From IMG/VR virus record IMGVR_UViG_3300029438_000229, positions 1 to 64,000 of that record: a stretch of DNA of 64,000 bases, one strand, 5' to 3'. Below the pieces are notes generated by a model. The model did no database searches, was not told where the DNA came from, and saw nothing but the letters and a program-made list of their open reading frames with translations. Source of the stretch: a virus. Each line of letters starts with the position of its first letter. Positions within the stretch are counted from its first letter, which is position 1. Positions 8,492 to 17,312 of the stretch are shown one piece after another. The position numbers were made by a program, and so were the translations under genes.

Positions 8492-9397
8492 TTATTTATT
8501 TTCGAAAAATGCAAGCATAGCCGTATTAACTGCCTGCGCATACCGCGTTTCAGGATGCCGTGCAGCAAAACTTTCTTTCGCAAAGAGATTGTTTGCGGAA
8601 TGTACCGAATACCTTGTACCCTTCAATTTTAACTGCCAAGCCAGCTGGTTCGTGTCACGTTTATGAGCATCGGTAATGCTTGTGACGAGTAAACACGGAG
8701 GCAGCATCTTGGCGTAAGTCTTAGGTGACAGGCACTCAGCGTAGCTGGTCTTCTTCCAATCCTTTTCGATGAGATAAGGCGCGATAGCGTTCATCTTTCT
8801 GCTGGAAAGGTCAAGAATACCATTCTGCAAGCAGACAGCCTTGAACGTGAGTTTTGCTTCCTGCGGTACATCAAACGGAAGTTCATCTTCGAGATGCTGC
8901 ATGGATACAGGGTTCCAGAGAAGAGCGTATACGAGGCAAGCCAGTGCAGCACCTGCACCGTCACCTACCAGATACATTCTGGACATATCTGCGCCATACC
9001 GTTCTGCACAGCGGTGGATGACAACGAACGCCTTCAAAAGGTCGCCGAGTTGCCCGAACAGATTCGTTTCGGGAACCGGGGTGTATTCCGGAATAAAGGT
9101 CAGATAGCCATGCTCCGCACACCACGTTCCGAAATTCCGGTTCAGGGCACTGCGTCCTGCAACGAAATCGCCGCCGTAGATGTCGATGATGACAGGGAAT
9201 TTCTTGTCGTCTCCTTCTTTGTGCTTCGGAACATACGCAGAGATGGGCAGGCACTCATCACTTCTTTTCGTGATGATGTGATGTGTGACCTGCGTCTCGC
9301 TGCAAACTCCGATTGCGGTGGTATTGGGTTTCGGTTGCTTGCTTATGATTTTCTGCAAGGAGCGCTCCTTGCAAAGTGCGTAACGGTTGATATTCAA
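8492..9397 (-). CDS. Alpha/beta-hydrolase-fold protein, esterase/lipase-like, probably catalytically inactive
   Basis: Paralogue of 9873-10754. The nucleophile elbow reads GDGAG rather than GDSAG. The His position of the paralogue (DHAF) reads KESF. TTG start overlaps the upstream stop, with GGAGG upstream. Confidence 0.7.
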   Translation of the reverse strand: MNINRYALCKERSLQKIISKQPKPNTTAIGVCSETQVTHHIITKRSDECLPISAYVPKHKEGDDKKFPVIIDIYGGDFVAGRSALNRNFGTWCAEHGYLTFIPEYTPVPETNLFGQLGDLLKAFVVIHRCAERYGADMSRMYLVGDGAGAALACLVYALLWNPVSMQHLEDELPFDVPQEAKLTFKAVCLQNGILDLSSRKMNAIAPYLIEKDWKKTSYAECLSPKTYAKMLPPCLLVTSITDAHKRDTNQLAWQLKLKGTRYSVHSANNLFAKESFAARHPETRYAQAVNTAMLAFFENK

Positions 9398-9849
9398 ATT
9401 TCTTCCTCCTCGTTCTCGCCGCAGTCAAAAGGAGAGTCTTTCCAGTCCCTTTCAACGGTAACTCCGTAAGCCTTTTTGTACTGCTCCTCGAATCTCTGCA
9501 GGACTGCATCGTACTGACTCTGCGTCATAACAATATCGAGTCCTAGGTCGTCATCGTCGTTAGAGTTGTCGTAGTGGTACAGCCGCATTTCAAATTGTCT
9601 GCCGAAAACATCCTTGTTCGGATACCAGCATGAATACAAAATTACATAGTCGTCAGCACTTCTTTTGCAGACATTGAGTCCAAACACTTTGTCGATGTCG
9701 AACTGTATGGGAATGAGAATGCTGATATAGTTGGCATCAAATGTCCGCATATCGTATTCGTAGATAACGAAGCGAAGGAACTCATCGAGGTCTTTGATGG
9801 TTACTTGACCCTGTTTCTTCACAGAGTCGATAATTTTTTTGTGTGCCAT
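9394..9849 (-). CDS. Hypothetical protein (151 aa)
   Basis: AAGGAAAAA upstream of the ATG at 9849. Confidence 0.6.
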   Translation of the reverse strand: MAHKKIIDSVKKQGQVTIKDLDEFLRFVIYEYDMRTFDANYISILIPIQFDIDKVFGLNVCKRSADDYVILYSCWYPNKDVFGRQFEMRLYHYDNSNDDDDLGLDIVMTQSQYDAVLQRFEEQYKKAYGVTVERDWKDSPFDCGENEEEEI

Positions 9850-9872
9850 GATTTTTCCTTATCTTATCGTGC

Positions 9873-10754
9873 TTAGCAGTAAAAGAACGCCAGCATCTCA
9901 TCGTTTGCCATCTGCCCCCATGCCGTTTCCGGATGAAGTGCGGCAAAAGCGTGGTCGGCTTCTTTTACATTGCAGAATACGAATTGATGGTACTGGTGGT
10001 TGGTTTTCAGCAGCTTCACATAACGTTTTGTCTGTCCTTTCAGGAAATCTCCTTTTCCGGAACAAAGAAAGCACGGCGGCAGCAGCTTGCAATAGTATTC
10101 GGGACGAATATTGGAAGCGTACTTCTCTTTGCGCCATCCCTTCTGCATGTAGTTGTCCGCCAGCAATCCAACCTGACCTTTGTAAAGGTAGAACATCCCA
10201 CTCTGAAAACCCATGGCAGTCACGCGGAGAGCCTGAACCTTTTGCGGGATATACCTTTCAAGGCGGCGGATGACCGGCTGCATCTCGGCAGGATGGTGTA
10301 GTGAAGCAACGGCCATAGAGGCCAAGAAAGCACCGGCACTGTCTGCGGTAACGAAGAGTTTTTCGATGTTGCCGCCGAACTCTGCCGCTTTCGCTTCAAT
10401 GACTGCGAGCGCATCGAGAATATCCGAGATTTGTCCGAAGATATCCGTTTCGGGAACCAGACGGTAATCGGGGATAAAAACGATATAGCCTCTTCTTGCC
10501 AGTTGGATACCAAGATTCCTGTTCTGTTCTTTGCGGCCGGCAATCAAGCCCCCGCTATGAACATCCAGGATGATGGGTAGTGGTTCTTTGACCTCTCCGA
10601 CTGGTTTGTAGACATCCATAGAAAGTCCTAAACATTTTCGAACCGGGATGGTAACAATATCGACAAGGCCGCTGTTGTGCATATGCGGCTGGCTGCGAAT
10701 GATTTGTTCGACATGGATGCGCTCCTTTACGGAAGCACGAGTAATGATATTCAA
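9873..10754 (-). CDS. Alpha/beta hydrolase (HSL-type esterase/lipase-like)
   Basis: HSGG oxyanion motif, ADSAG nucleophile elbow and a C-terminal DHAF. I chose the TTG start at 10754 (AAAGGAG 9 nt upstream) because the longer form would run through the terminator at 10773-10810. Confidence 0.75.
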   Translation of the reverse strand: MNIITRASVKERIHVEQIIRSQPHMHNSGLVDIVTIPVRKCLGLSMDVYKPVGEVKEPLPIILDVHSGGLIAGRKEQNRNLGIQLARRGYIVFIPDYRLVPETDIFGQISDILDALAVIEAKAAEFGGNIEKLFVTADSAGAFLASMAVASLHHPAEMQPVIRRLERYIPQKVQALRVTAMGFQSGMFYLYKGQVGLLADNYMQKGWRKEKYASNIRPEYYCKLLPPCFLCSGKGDFLKGQTKRYVKLLKTNHQYHQFVFCNVKEADHAFAALHPETAWGQMANDEMLAFFYC

Positions 10755-10772
10755 AAAAATCAACTCCTTTAA

Positions 10773-10810
10773 CAAAAAACGCGGCTGCTGCTCTTCTTGA
10801 ACAGCAGCCG
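10773..10810 (-). terminator. Intrinsic terminator inside an apparent operon
   Basis: Minus strand CGGCTGCTG-ttcaagaagag-CAGCAGCCG followed by CGTTTTTTGTT, immediately followed by the SD of 9873-10754. Confidence 0.65.
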
Positions 10811-10822
10811 TATTTGGTGAAA

Positions 10823-11065
10823 TCAACGGAACTCGAATGTGTATTCGGTCCCGGTAACGGTTGAGACGAAAATGTTCACGCCAATCACGCCGAGGCGCTT
10901 TGTCGTGGCAGTCGTAAAAGAGCGAGCGTTCTCATTTGACCCCACGACAAACCGAAGAGGCTCGCCGTTTACGACATGCAAGGCACCCTTGCAGCCGATA
11001 AGAGACTTGACTCTTTCGTCGTTGCTATTGGTGGCGGTTAAAATACACCCTTCCCGAATTCGCAT
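10823..11065 (-). CDS. Hypothetical protein (80 aa)
   Basis: AAGGAGG upstream of the ATG at 11065. Confidence 0.6.
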   Translation of the reverse strand: MRIREGCILTATNSNDERVKSLIGCKGALHVVNGEPLRFVVGSNENARSFTTATTKRLGVIGVNIFVSTVTGTEYTFEFR

Positions 11066-11092
11066 TTGTAAATTCCTCCTTAATCAGAAATC

Positions 11093-11389
11093 TCAAGCCG
11101 AAGCTTGCGGGTACTGGTCAAGAACATCGTTGAATCGGGAATCTAGGTGCCGGTCATTTTCGTCACGGGCGGGATAACTGAACGCGTTCTCGTCTGCAGC
11201 AGCATCCGTGAATCCGTCCATCATGGTCAGGATACCCTCCATCCAGGCAGCGGCTCTGCCAAACATACCGTTTTCCTGTTCCTTGTTGCGGTGTAGGTAA
11301 TCGGTAAGGCTTTCAAGAGCCATCTTCTGCTGATAGAAGGTATCCCAGTTAATGTCTTTGATAGTGTCGAGGTAAGCGTTATCGTCCAT
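11093..11389 (-). CDS. Hypothetical protein (98 aa)
   Basis: AAGGAG 10 nt upstream of the ATG at 11389. First gene after cassette C. Confidence 0.6.
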   Translation of the reverse strand: MDDNAYLDTIKDINWDTFYQQKMALESLTDYLHRNKEQENGMFGRAAAWMEGILTMMDGFTDAAADENAFSYPARDENDRHLDSRFNDVLDQYPQASA

Positions 11390-11461
11390 TTTGAACAAAC
11401 TCCTTAAAAAATAAATTTACGATGCATACACCGAAAGGCTCCTGCAATCAAATTCCAAAAC

Positions 11462-11589
11462 AAAAAGGCAGGCTCTCCATGTGACTGGAAAGTCTGCCTT
11501 AACGGTTCAGAACTGTGAATGTGTGAATTACCTTTCGGTTGGTATCCATCGTACATTTTTCATTGTATGCGGTTCGCACATTCGCGCAA
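11462..11589 (-). promoter_or_regulatory. Promoter-leader-terminator cassette, copy C (divergent leader)
   Basis: TTGCGC (11584-11589), 16-nt spacer with GCGAA, TACAAT (11562-11567). Then TGTACGATGGATACC and ..ATTCACA... Ends with hairpin GGCAGACTTTCC/GGAGAGCCTGCC (11467-11498) plus T-run. Confidence 0.65.
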
Positions 11590-11615
11590 GGGCTTAAAGG
11601 TGAAATCTGAGAAAA

Positions 11616-12836
11616 TTATTGGACAGTGACAGAAGAATTTACAGCCTCAGACGATGAATCGGTGCTCTCACTCGCGGCTGCATCAGAATTCGCAGCGTTT
11701 TCATCATCAGATGCAGCACCGGACTCGGTTGCTGTATCAGATTCCGGAACAGCGGCAGCGTCCTCAGCAGGTGCGCCGGGCATAGTCGCATACAGACCCG
11801 TCAGACGGACAGGCGCGTCACCGTAGCCAAGATACCCCCAGAAAGTATCAGTGCTGGCTTCATTGATGTACTCGGTGCCCTGCAATACCGGGAACTCATA
11901 GATATCGGTGATAGCCGTGCCCTTCACATCGGCACTGTCAAACTGGTCGCTGCAGGATGCCACAACGGTGCAGTCCTCGTAGTTCCAGACGAGGTAGAAG
12001 GACTTGGTACCGGTCTCTTTGTTGTACTCCGCGTCACGGAACTCATCAAAGGAAGTATACTGCGTGCCGGTCGGGCTGTTCTTCCAATAAAGGCCATTCG
12101 GGGTACCGAATACCGCATAGAGGGCGTTGAACTTCTCCTCGGGCGTGCCGTCAACAGGAAAATCCTTCAGAGCGGAAGGCTTCATCGTCGAATAGAAAAG
12201 GCCATTCTCAAAGGCGTTCCCGATAGTCATGCCGTCAGAAGCAGCCGTGGTGCTGTCCATGACATTCGATACCGGACCACCATTGAAGCCAATCTGGTAG
12301 TAGTTGGCGGATTCCCCATTCTCACCCTCGGTACAGACACAGAAATCCGAGATATCTTTTTCCAGACCTTCTCCGGTCACGGCATCCTCAATACTGTCGA
12401 TGACCGTTTCCCCCGTTTCCAGAACGGACAATTTCAGGTATCCGGAAATCGGCATCTCGTTCAAATCCTTCACGGACACGCTCTTGATTTGTGTAGAGCT
12501 GCCGGATGCAGAGGAATAGAGTCCTGAAACGAATGCGCCATCCTCATAGGTCAGAGGATTTACACCCAAAGGCAACCCATCCGTCCATGTCATATCGGGC
12601 TTATCCAGAGTTCCTACAGCGAACTCTGGAAGATTGTCAAGCAATGACCATGCATTGATGGGCTCTGGCGTAGGTGCAGGAGTCGGTGCCGGTGTGGCAG
12701 TGGGCTGTGCGGCGGCGATAGCCGCTGCCTCAGAAGCCGCTTTCCGGTTCTGAATCTCCTGAGATGCACAGCCGGTAAACATCACTGCGGATGCCATCAT
12801 GACAGCTGCGGCGAATAGAATTTTCTTGTGTTGCAT
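11616..12836 (-). CDS. Secreted lipoprotein, function unknown (406 aa)
   Basis: N-terminal signal with lipobox (..VMFTGCAS), a Pro/Ala/Thr linker and an acidic C-terminal tail. Confidence 0.7.
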   Translation of the reverse strand: MQHKKILFAAAVMMASAVMFTGCASQEIQNRKAASEAAAIAAAQPTATPAPTPAPTPEPINAWSLLDNLPEFAVGTLDKPDMTWTDGLPLGVNPLTYEDGAFVSGLYSSASGSSTQIKSVSVKDLNEMPISGYLKLSVLETGETVIDSIEDAVTGEGLEKDISDFCVCTEGENGESANYYQIGFNGGPVSNVMDSTTAASDGMTIGNAFENGLFYSTMKPSALKDFPVDGTPEEKFNALYAVFGTPNGLYWKNSPTGTQYTSFDEFRDAEYNKETGTKSFYLVWNYEDCTVVASCSDQFDSADVKGTAITDIYEFPVLQGTEYINEASTDTFWGYLGYGDAPVRLTGLYATMPGAPAEDAAAVPESDTATESGAASDDENAANSDAAASESTDSSSEAVNSSVTVQ

Positions 12837-12856
12837 ACTGTTTTTGCACTGTCTTA

Positions 12857-13123
12857 TTATTTAGGCAGTGCTTTGCCTCCTTTTACATATCGTTTGTGCT
12901 GAATATGACCAATGACCGCAAGCCCCAAAAAGCCAACGGCAATGAGCATCGAACTGCCTCCGAGAAGAAACGCGCAATAACCGGCTACATCGCGCCACTG
13001 TGCGGCTTTTGCGAGCGTGCAGATGACGCAGGCAATAAAGCAAAGCCAGCCAAAGAGATAGCCAGCCATTCCGATGGTAGCTATCTTCCCTAATACGGAT
13101 TCTAAAATCTTCAAAGCAACCAC
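12857..13123 (-). CDS. Small membrane protein (about 85-88 aa, start uncertain)
   Basis: Two or three hydrophobic helices. GTG or TTG start after AGGAAGG. Confidence 0.5.
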   Translation of the reverse strand: MVALKILESVLGKIATIGMAGYLFGWLCFIACVICTLAKAAQWRDVAGYCAFLLGGSSMLIAVGFLGLAVIGHIQHKRYVKGGKALPK

Positions 13124-13141
13124 ATCCTTCCTACGAGTTTA

Positions 13142-13169
13142 ATTTTATGCGATTCGCAAGTATTGGCAA
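13142..13169 (-). promoter_or_regulatory. GCGAA-spacer promoter
   Basis: TTGCCA-atacttGCGAAtcgca-TAAAAT with a 16-nt spacer. Confidence 0.6.
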
Positions 13170-13185
13170 CAGGAAAATATCGTTA

Positions 13186-13221
13186 TAAAAAGAAAAAGCT
13201 GCCCAACCGAAGTTGGACAGC
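13186..13221 (-). terminator. Intrinsic terminator
   Basis: GCTGTCCAAC-ttcg-GTTGGGCAGC followed by TTTTTCTTTTT (minus strand). Confidence 0.65.
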
Positions 13222-13238
13222 GAAAATGCTATTGAATT

Positions 13239-13622
13239 TTACTGTTTTTTGTTTTGTTCTGCTCTTCTGCGCTCGCGTTCCTCGTACTCCTTCTTCTGAT
13301 ACTTCAAGCGTTCGTTCAGCAGAAAGGAGTTTTCATCGCGGGTCATGGTGAGTTTGGCTCTGTACACGATATAAATGACGATAAGTGCCAAAATGCCGTA
13401 GGTGAAGATGAGACTCAGAAGATTGCCAACAACCGTTACGATAATAGGCGAAATGAGATGGAGAATACCAATGACGAGCAGGAACATGCCACCAAAGACG
13501 ATGACTCTTGCAGCGGTCTGAACGGCAGGCGGGTAGCCATCAAGAAAAGTGGATATAGTATCGTTGATTTTCGTGAAAATATCATTTCTCTTTTTGCCAT
13601 TGCTATTATTATTTTCAGCCAT
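13239..13622 (-). CDS. Membrane protein (127 aa)
   Basis: AAAAGGAGGG upstream of the ATG. Hydrophobic helices followed by a basic/acidic tail. Confidence 0.65.
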   Translation of the reverse strand: MAENNNSNGKKRNDIFTKINDTISTFLDGYPPAVQTAARVIVFGGMFLLVIGILHLISPIIVTVVGNLLSLIFTYGILALIVIYIVYRAKLTMTRDENSFLLNERLKYQKKEYEERERRRAEQNKKQ

Positions 13623-13728
13623 ACCGGACCCTCCTTTTTATGCCCATTATAGCACGTATTTGAACAAAATGCTATACCTCGCATTATATTGTGGGAGAAC
13701 AGGAAGCACTTTGTTTGTCAGATGACAA

Positions 13729-13759
13729 CAAAAAAAGCCGCCACCCCAAAGGGCAACGG
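13729..13759 (-). terminator. Intrinsic terminator
   Basis: GCCGTTGCCC-tttg-GGGTGGCGGC followed by TTTTTTTG (minus strand). Confidence 0.65.
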
Positions 13760-13777
13760 CTAAGTGTGTTGGTGTGA

Positions 13778-15343
13778 TTAGCGAGGCAGGTTCTTGTCTA
13801 CCACGATTTCGAGGTTGTAGTGAGGCAGTTTCGCAACATCACCCTTCGCAACCTTGAGAGCCGCCTTCATCTTGTCATCAGGCATGGACTGGATAAGGCT
13901 GTTCAGTTCCTCACAGGTGTGGCTGAGCATCGGACCGCGACTGGTGGTGAACATCGTAGCGGAAACCGGCTGGCAACCCTGAGAGACCATACCGTCCCAA
14001 TGCGTGCGCAGTTCAGCAACAGACTTCATGTTAGCAGCAGTGCTCATGAAATCATAGATGTTGCAGTGGTTCTCGTCGATGTATTCAAGGACATCGATGC
14101 GAGTGCGGTTCGCATATACAGGGAACTGGAGCTCGACCTTGTTGCCGGTGTTGTTCATGATACGCTCAGCAAACTGCTTGGCGTACTCCACGAGGGGGCA
14201 GGTCTTGTCTTCCACGACAGGAACAGCATCCTTCACAGCATCGAAGATGGCACGCCAGCCCTCATCGCTCAAATCGATGTTGGACTTGTTTGCGAGGGTG
14301 TTCAGGAACCCACGCGGCAGGTCAGAGATATCGATGGCGATGGTGCCGGTGAACAGGTTGAAGGAAGGATGACGAGCACGGTCCCAGATGGTATCCAACT
14401 GTGCGGTAGCGATAACGCGGTCGCCGAGCTGGATATCCACACCTTGGGTGCTCATATTTCCCTGATAATAGTGCTTCAGGGCGTAACCACCGGTCACTGC
14501 ACGAGTCTGAGTAGCGGCTGCGTTGAGCAGACCGACCTCAACGGAAACAGGGATATCGTGACCATTGTAGTTCACGCTCAGATGATGCGTCCCGGTCACA
14601 GCCTTGTAGCGCTGGAAGATAGGCTTGACGAAAACATCGCAAGTCTTGCCGTTCGCCATCTGATAGTCGGGAATCAGGATACGGGCGGGAGCGGCACCGG
14701 AATCATCGGGCTTGAGGTAGTTGCGATACTTGACGCCGAAATGCTCCGCAATGGAACGGCGCAGCACATTGAGGCTGGAAACCTTGCTCGGAGCGCAGCT
14801 ACCATTCTGGGTCAGCATAGTGCTTGCGGTGCTCTTGTCCATCTCCACATAGATGATGGTGGAGGGAGCGCCGAGAGGCTTGTAAGCATCACGCATGACG
14901 ATGTCGGCAAGAGGGATATCCTGCTGTTCAACAATCTTCATCTTGGTGTCGAAGGGGCCGTCAACGAGGTGGTAGGAATCTTCTTCCGGCTTCTTGGTGG
15001 CGATGAACCACGGATACTTGTTCCGGGTAGCGACCAGCAGGAAGTTGTTGAGACCTACGCCGTGGATGCACAGAGGACCCTCATCGGTGTGACGAGAGCC
15101 AAACTGCAGGCTTTCGCTCACCTCGTTGATGTCCATACCGTTGCCCCAGTCGGCAGTAACCATGCCGATTAGGTCCTTCTCGGAGCCTGGTACGAACGCA
15201 ACCAGAGCGTTTACAGGGCCGGTGCTGTTCGACAGGATGTTGTCCATGGGCTCGCAAGCGGCGCTGTGCATCGGGAGAAACTGGTTGGAAACGGCATTGA
15301 AGTAGTTCTTGGTAATACCAACATTGAGAATATGTGCCTTCAT
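13778..15343 (-). CDS. GHKL (Bergerat-fold) ATPase-like protein, MORC/HATPase_c_3-like N-terminus
   Basis: Ordered motifs E-PMDN-ILSNS (N box), TADWGNGMD (DxGxG) and HGVGLNN (G2). I chose the ATG at 15343 (MKAHILNVG) rather than the ORF-track start at 15469. Confidence 0.6.
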   Translation of the reverse strand: MKAHILNVGITKNYFNAVSNQFLPMHSAACEPMDNILSNSTGPVNALVAFVPGSEKDLIGMVTADWGNGMDINEVSESLQFGSRHTDEGPLCIHGVGLNNFLLVATRNKYPWFIATKKPEEDSYHLVDGPFDTKMKIVEQQDIPLADIVMRDAYKPLGAPSTIIYVEMDKSTASTMLTQNGSCAPSKVSSLNVLRRSIAEHFGVKYRNYLKPDDSGAAPARILIPDYQMANGKTCDVFVKPIFQRYKAVTGTHHLSVNYNGHDIPVSVEVGLLNAAATQTRAVTGGYALKHYYQGNMSTQGVDIQLGDRVIATAQLDTIWDRARHPSFNLFTGTIAIDISDLPRGFLNTLANKSNIDLSDEGWRAIFDAVKDAVPVVEDKTCPLVEYAKQFAERIMNNTGNKVELQFPVYANRTRIDVLEYIDENHCNIYDFMSTAANMKSVAELRTHWDGMVSQGCQPVSATMFTTSRGPMLSHTCEELNSLIQSMPDDKMKAALKVAKGDVAKLPHYNLEIVVDKNLPR

Positions 15344-15710
15344 AGTATACCCCGTATCGTGGGGCCAACGTGCTGCTCTTGAAATCATCTCCACAGCAGG
15401 TAGAGCCCCAAGATAGGGGGTTATTGTTATTTGTTTGTGTGTTTGTCTGTTATTACAGGAAGCAGACAAGCGTAAAAGATTGCTATCGCAAGTATCGCAA
15501 TTACAATCACGATAATTACGGGGACTGGGATTTGTTCGATGAGCGCAAGTATCACGCGTTTTAACAGCAGCTAGAGAAGACGACGTAGCATCTTATGATT
15601 GCTGAAAAAAGCGCTTACTTGCTAAAACATCTTCTTGAAATATGTCATGATAATTCTCCTTTTTTGATTGATATTCGTTTTATGCTAACGCACTTTATCG
15701 TTGTACCCAC

Positions 15711-15776
15711 GGCTGGAACATGTATAAAAGATGCTCTAACGCGGCGTTCGCGGCTGGGATATGTATAAAGGATGCT
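15711..15776. repeat. Two 25-nt imperfect direct repeats in the long leader of the GHKL gene
   Basis: GGCTGGAACATGTATAAAAGATGCT (15711-15735) and GGCTGGGATATGTATAAAGGATGCT (15752-15776). Confidence 0.7.
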
Positions 15777-15933
15777 TTGCTGTATTTGCAGCAAAACAAC
15801 GATTTTCGCATTAACGCAGCGTGTACGTCCCGCTTTTTAGGCAGGAAATCTATTATAATCACCGTATCGTGGTGTACTACGATGCAGGAATGTTCCCGCA
15901 TGACCAAAAACAGATAGTCCGCAAAAACCTCCA

Positions 15934-16083
15934 AAAGAAAAAGGACAGACACCCATGACGAGTGTCTGTCCTTTTCAAGAAAAGAGGATTGTGAATATGG
16001 CTATTGTTGCACTACCTATACAGGTAATGATACTGGTATCTTTGGTACGATTATTATTCTATGCCGTTCGCAAGCGCTGTCAA
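15934..16083 (-). promoter_or_regulatory. Promoter-leader-terminator cassette, copy D (divergent leader)
   Basis: TTGACA (16078-16083), 16-nt spacer with GCGAA, TAGAAT (16056-16061). Then CGTACCAAAGATACC, hairpin TACCT/AGGTA and ..ATTCACAAT... Ends with hairpin GGACAGACAC/GTGTCTGTCC (15943-15971) plus T-run. Confidence 0.65.
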
Positions 16084-16140
16084 CACTAATTTCTGATTTT
16101 TCCAAGCAAAAAGCCAACTGTGTGTCAGATAGTTTTTCTG

Positions 16141-17055
16141 TTATTCGTTGATGTTTTTCTGGTTGTGGTGAAGGGCACCACGGACAAATTGGTTCCAGCG
16201 AGCATGGTACAGGACGAACCCGTCCTCGAACTCCACCGTGATGTTGTTGACACCATGATAAGCAATACAGGTGGCTTTGCTGCCATTTTTCATCGTCATC
16301 GTAGTGCCAACAGATTTCACATAATCGTGCTCATCCTTGCGAGCTGCACTGATAGTACGCATCCGCATTTTGCAGTCGGGACAGCAGGTAGCACCGGATG
16401 CAATAGCCCGCGTCATGGCGCGAACGCTTGTCACGAACTCTTTTTTGCAATCCGGGCATACGAAGATAGCTCTTCTTTCCGAACGAGCGGAAATTTCGCT
16501 GGGAGTGTAATCGTTCTTGTCGCTCCACATAGGAACAACCTTAGGACACTGGGTAGCCAAATCATTGATACCAGAAACAACCTTGCGACCTGCGCAAACA
16601 GGGCAACCTGTGCTGCCATTTTGTACGGTATGAACTACATTGCAGATAGAAGCTTCAAACTCCTGCTTACAATCTGGGCATACGAACCACGCTTTCTTGT
16701 TATTGCCTGCAGATGCTTCGCTGGGGGTGTATGTGTTCTTTGCACTCCACATAGCGAAAATCTTAGGACACTTGGTAGCCAAATCATTGATGCCAGGGAC
16801 GACCTTGATACCTGCACAAACAGGGCAACCGGTATTACCACGCATCAAGGACCTTGCGATATGGAAAGCACGGGCTTCAAACTCCTGCTTACAATCGGGG
16901 CATACGAACCACGCTTTCTTGTTGCTGCCTACAGATACTTCGCTAGGGGTGTATGTGTTCTTGGAACTCCACATAGCGGAAATCTTAGGACACTTGGTAG
17001 CCAAATCGTTGACGCCGGAAATGACATTCTTGGAATTGATAGTGTTAGTATTCAT
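16141..17055 (-). CDS. Protein with three tandem treble-clef zinc-ribbon repeats
   Basis: Three 74-aa repeats of the form INDLATKCPK..MWS.KN.YTPSE.S.....KAWFVCPDCKQEF........G.TGCPVCAG. GAGGAGAAAGAG upstream of the ATG. Confidence 0.75.
   Translation of the reverse strand: MNTNTINSKNVISGVNDLATKCPKISAMWSSKNTYTPSEVSVGSNKKAWFVCPDCKQEFEARAFHIARSLMRGNTGCPVCAGIKVVPGINDLATKCPKIFAMWSAKNTYTPSEASAGNNKKAWFVCPDCKQEFEASICNVVHTVQNGSTGCPVCAGRKVVSGINDLATQCPKVVPMWSDKNDYTPSEISARSERRAIFVCPDCKKEFVTSVRAMTRAIASGATCCPDCKMRMRTISAARKDEHDYVKSVGTTMTMKNGSKATCIAYHGVNNITVEFEDGFVLYHARWNQFVRGALHHNQKNINE
16360..17013 (-). repeat. Three tandem ~222-nt coding repeats
   Basis: DNA-level repeat underlying the three zinc-ribbon modules. 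The first two copies are nearly identical. Confidence 0.75.
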
Positions 17056-17118
17056 GGTAAACTCTCTTTCTCCTCGTATTTTCGAGGCTTGTAATAAATA
17101 AAAATGAGCGACTTGTAG

Positions 17119-17274
17119 TCACAATGTCTTAAACTTATGGCAGCAACGCATCATGGTGCGGATACGAACCAAGTCAATCTCGATTGCCAATGCGTTGATG
17201 GCTTCGAGCAGTGCATAGACAGCCATTGCGGGAATCGCTACAAGTAAAATAATGATGGATTTAATGGCTTTCAT
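17119..17274 (-). CDS. Small membrane protein (51 aa), below the ORF-track cutoff
   Basis: MKAIKSIIILLVAIPAMAVYALL.. with GGAGAAAGAGAG upstream. First ORF after cassette E. Confidence 0.4.
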   Translation of the reverse strand: MKAIKSIIILLVAIPAMAVYALLEAINALAIEIDLVRIRTMMRCCHKFKTL

Positions 17275-17312
17275 TTCAGACTCTCTTTCTCCGCATTTGC
17301 GCGGTCTTGCAA

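Noticed and set aside
13820-15172. 450-aa plus-strand ORF
   Set aside because: It is antisense to the GHKL ATPase gene, with no SD and shadow-frame composition.
15695-15952. 85-aa minus-strand ORF in the GHKL leader
   Set aside because: Its alternative start lies inside the leader terminator hairpin, it has no SD, and it covers the 25-nt direct repeats. I treat it as non-coding leader, though with low certainty.
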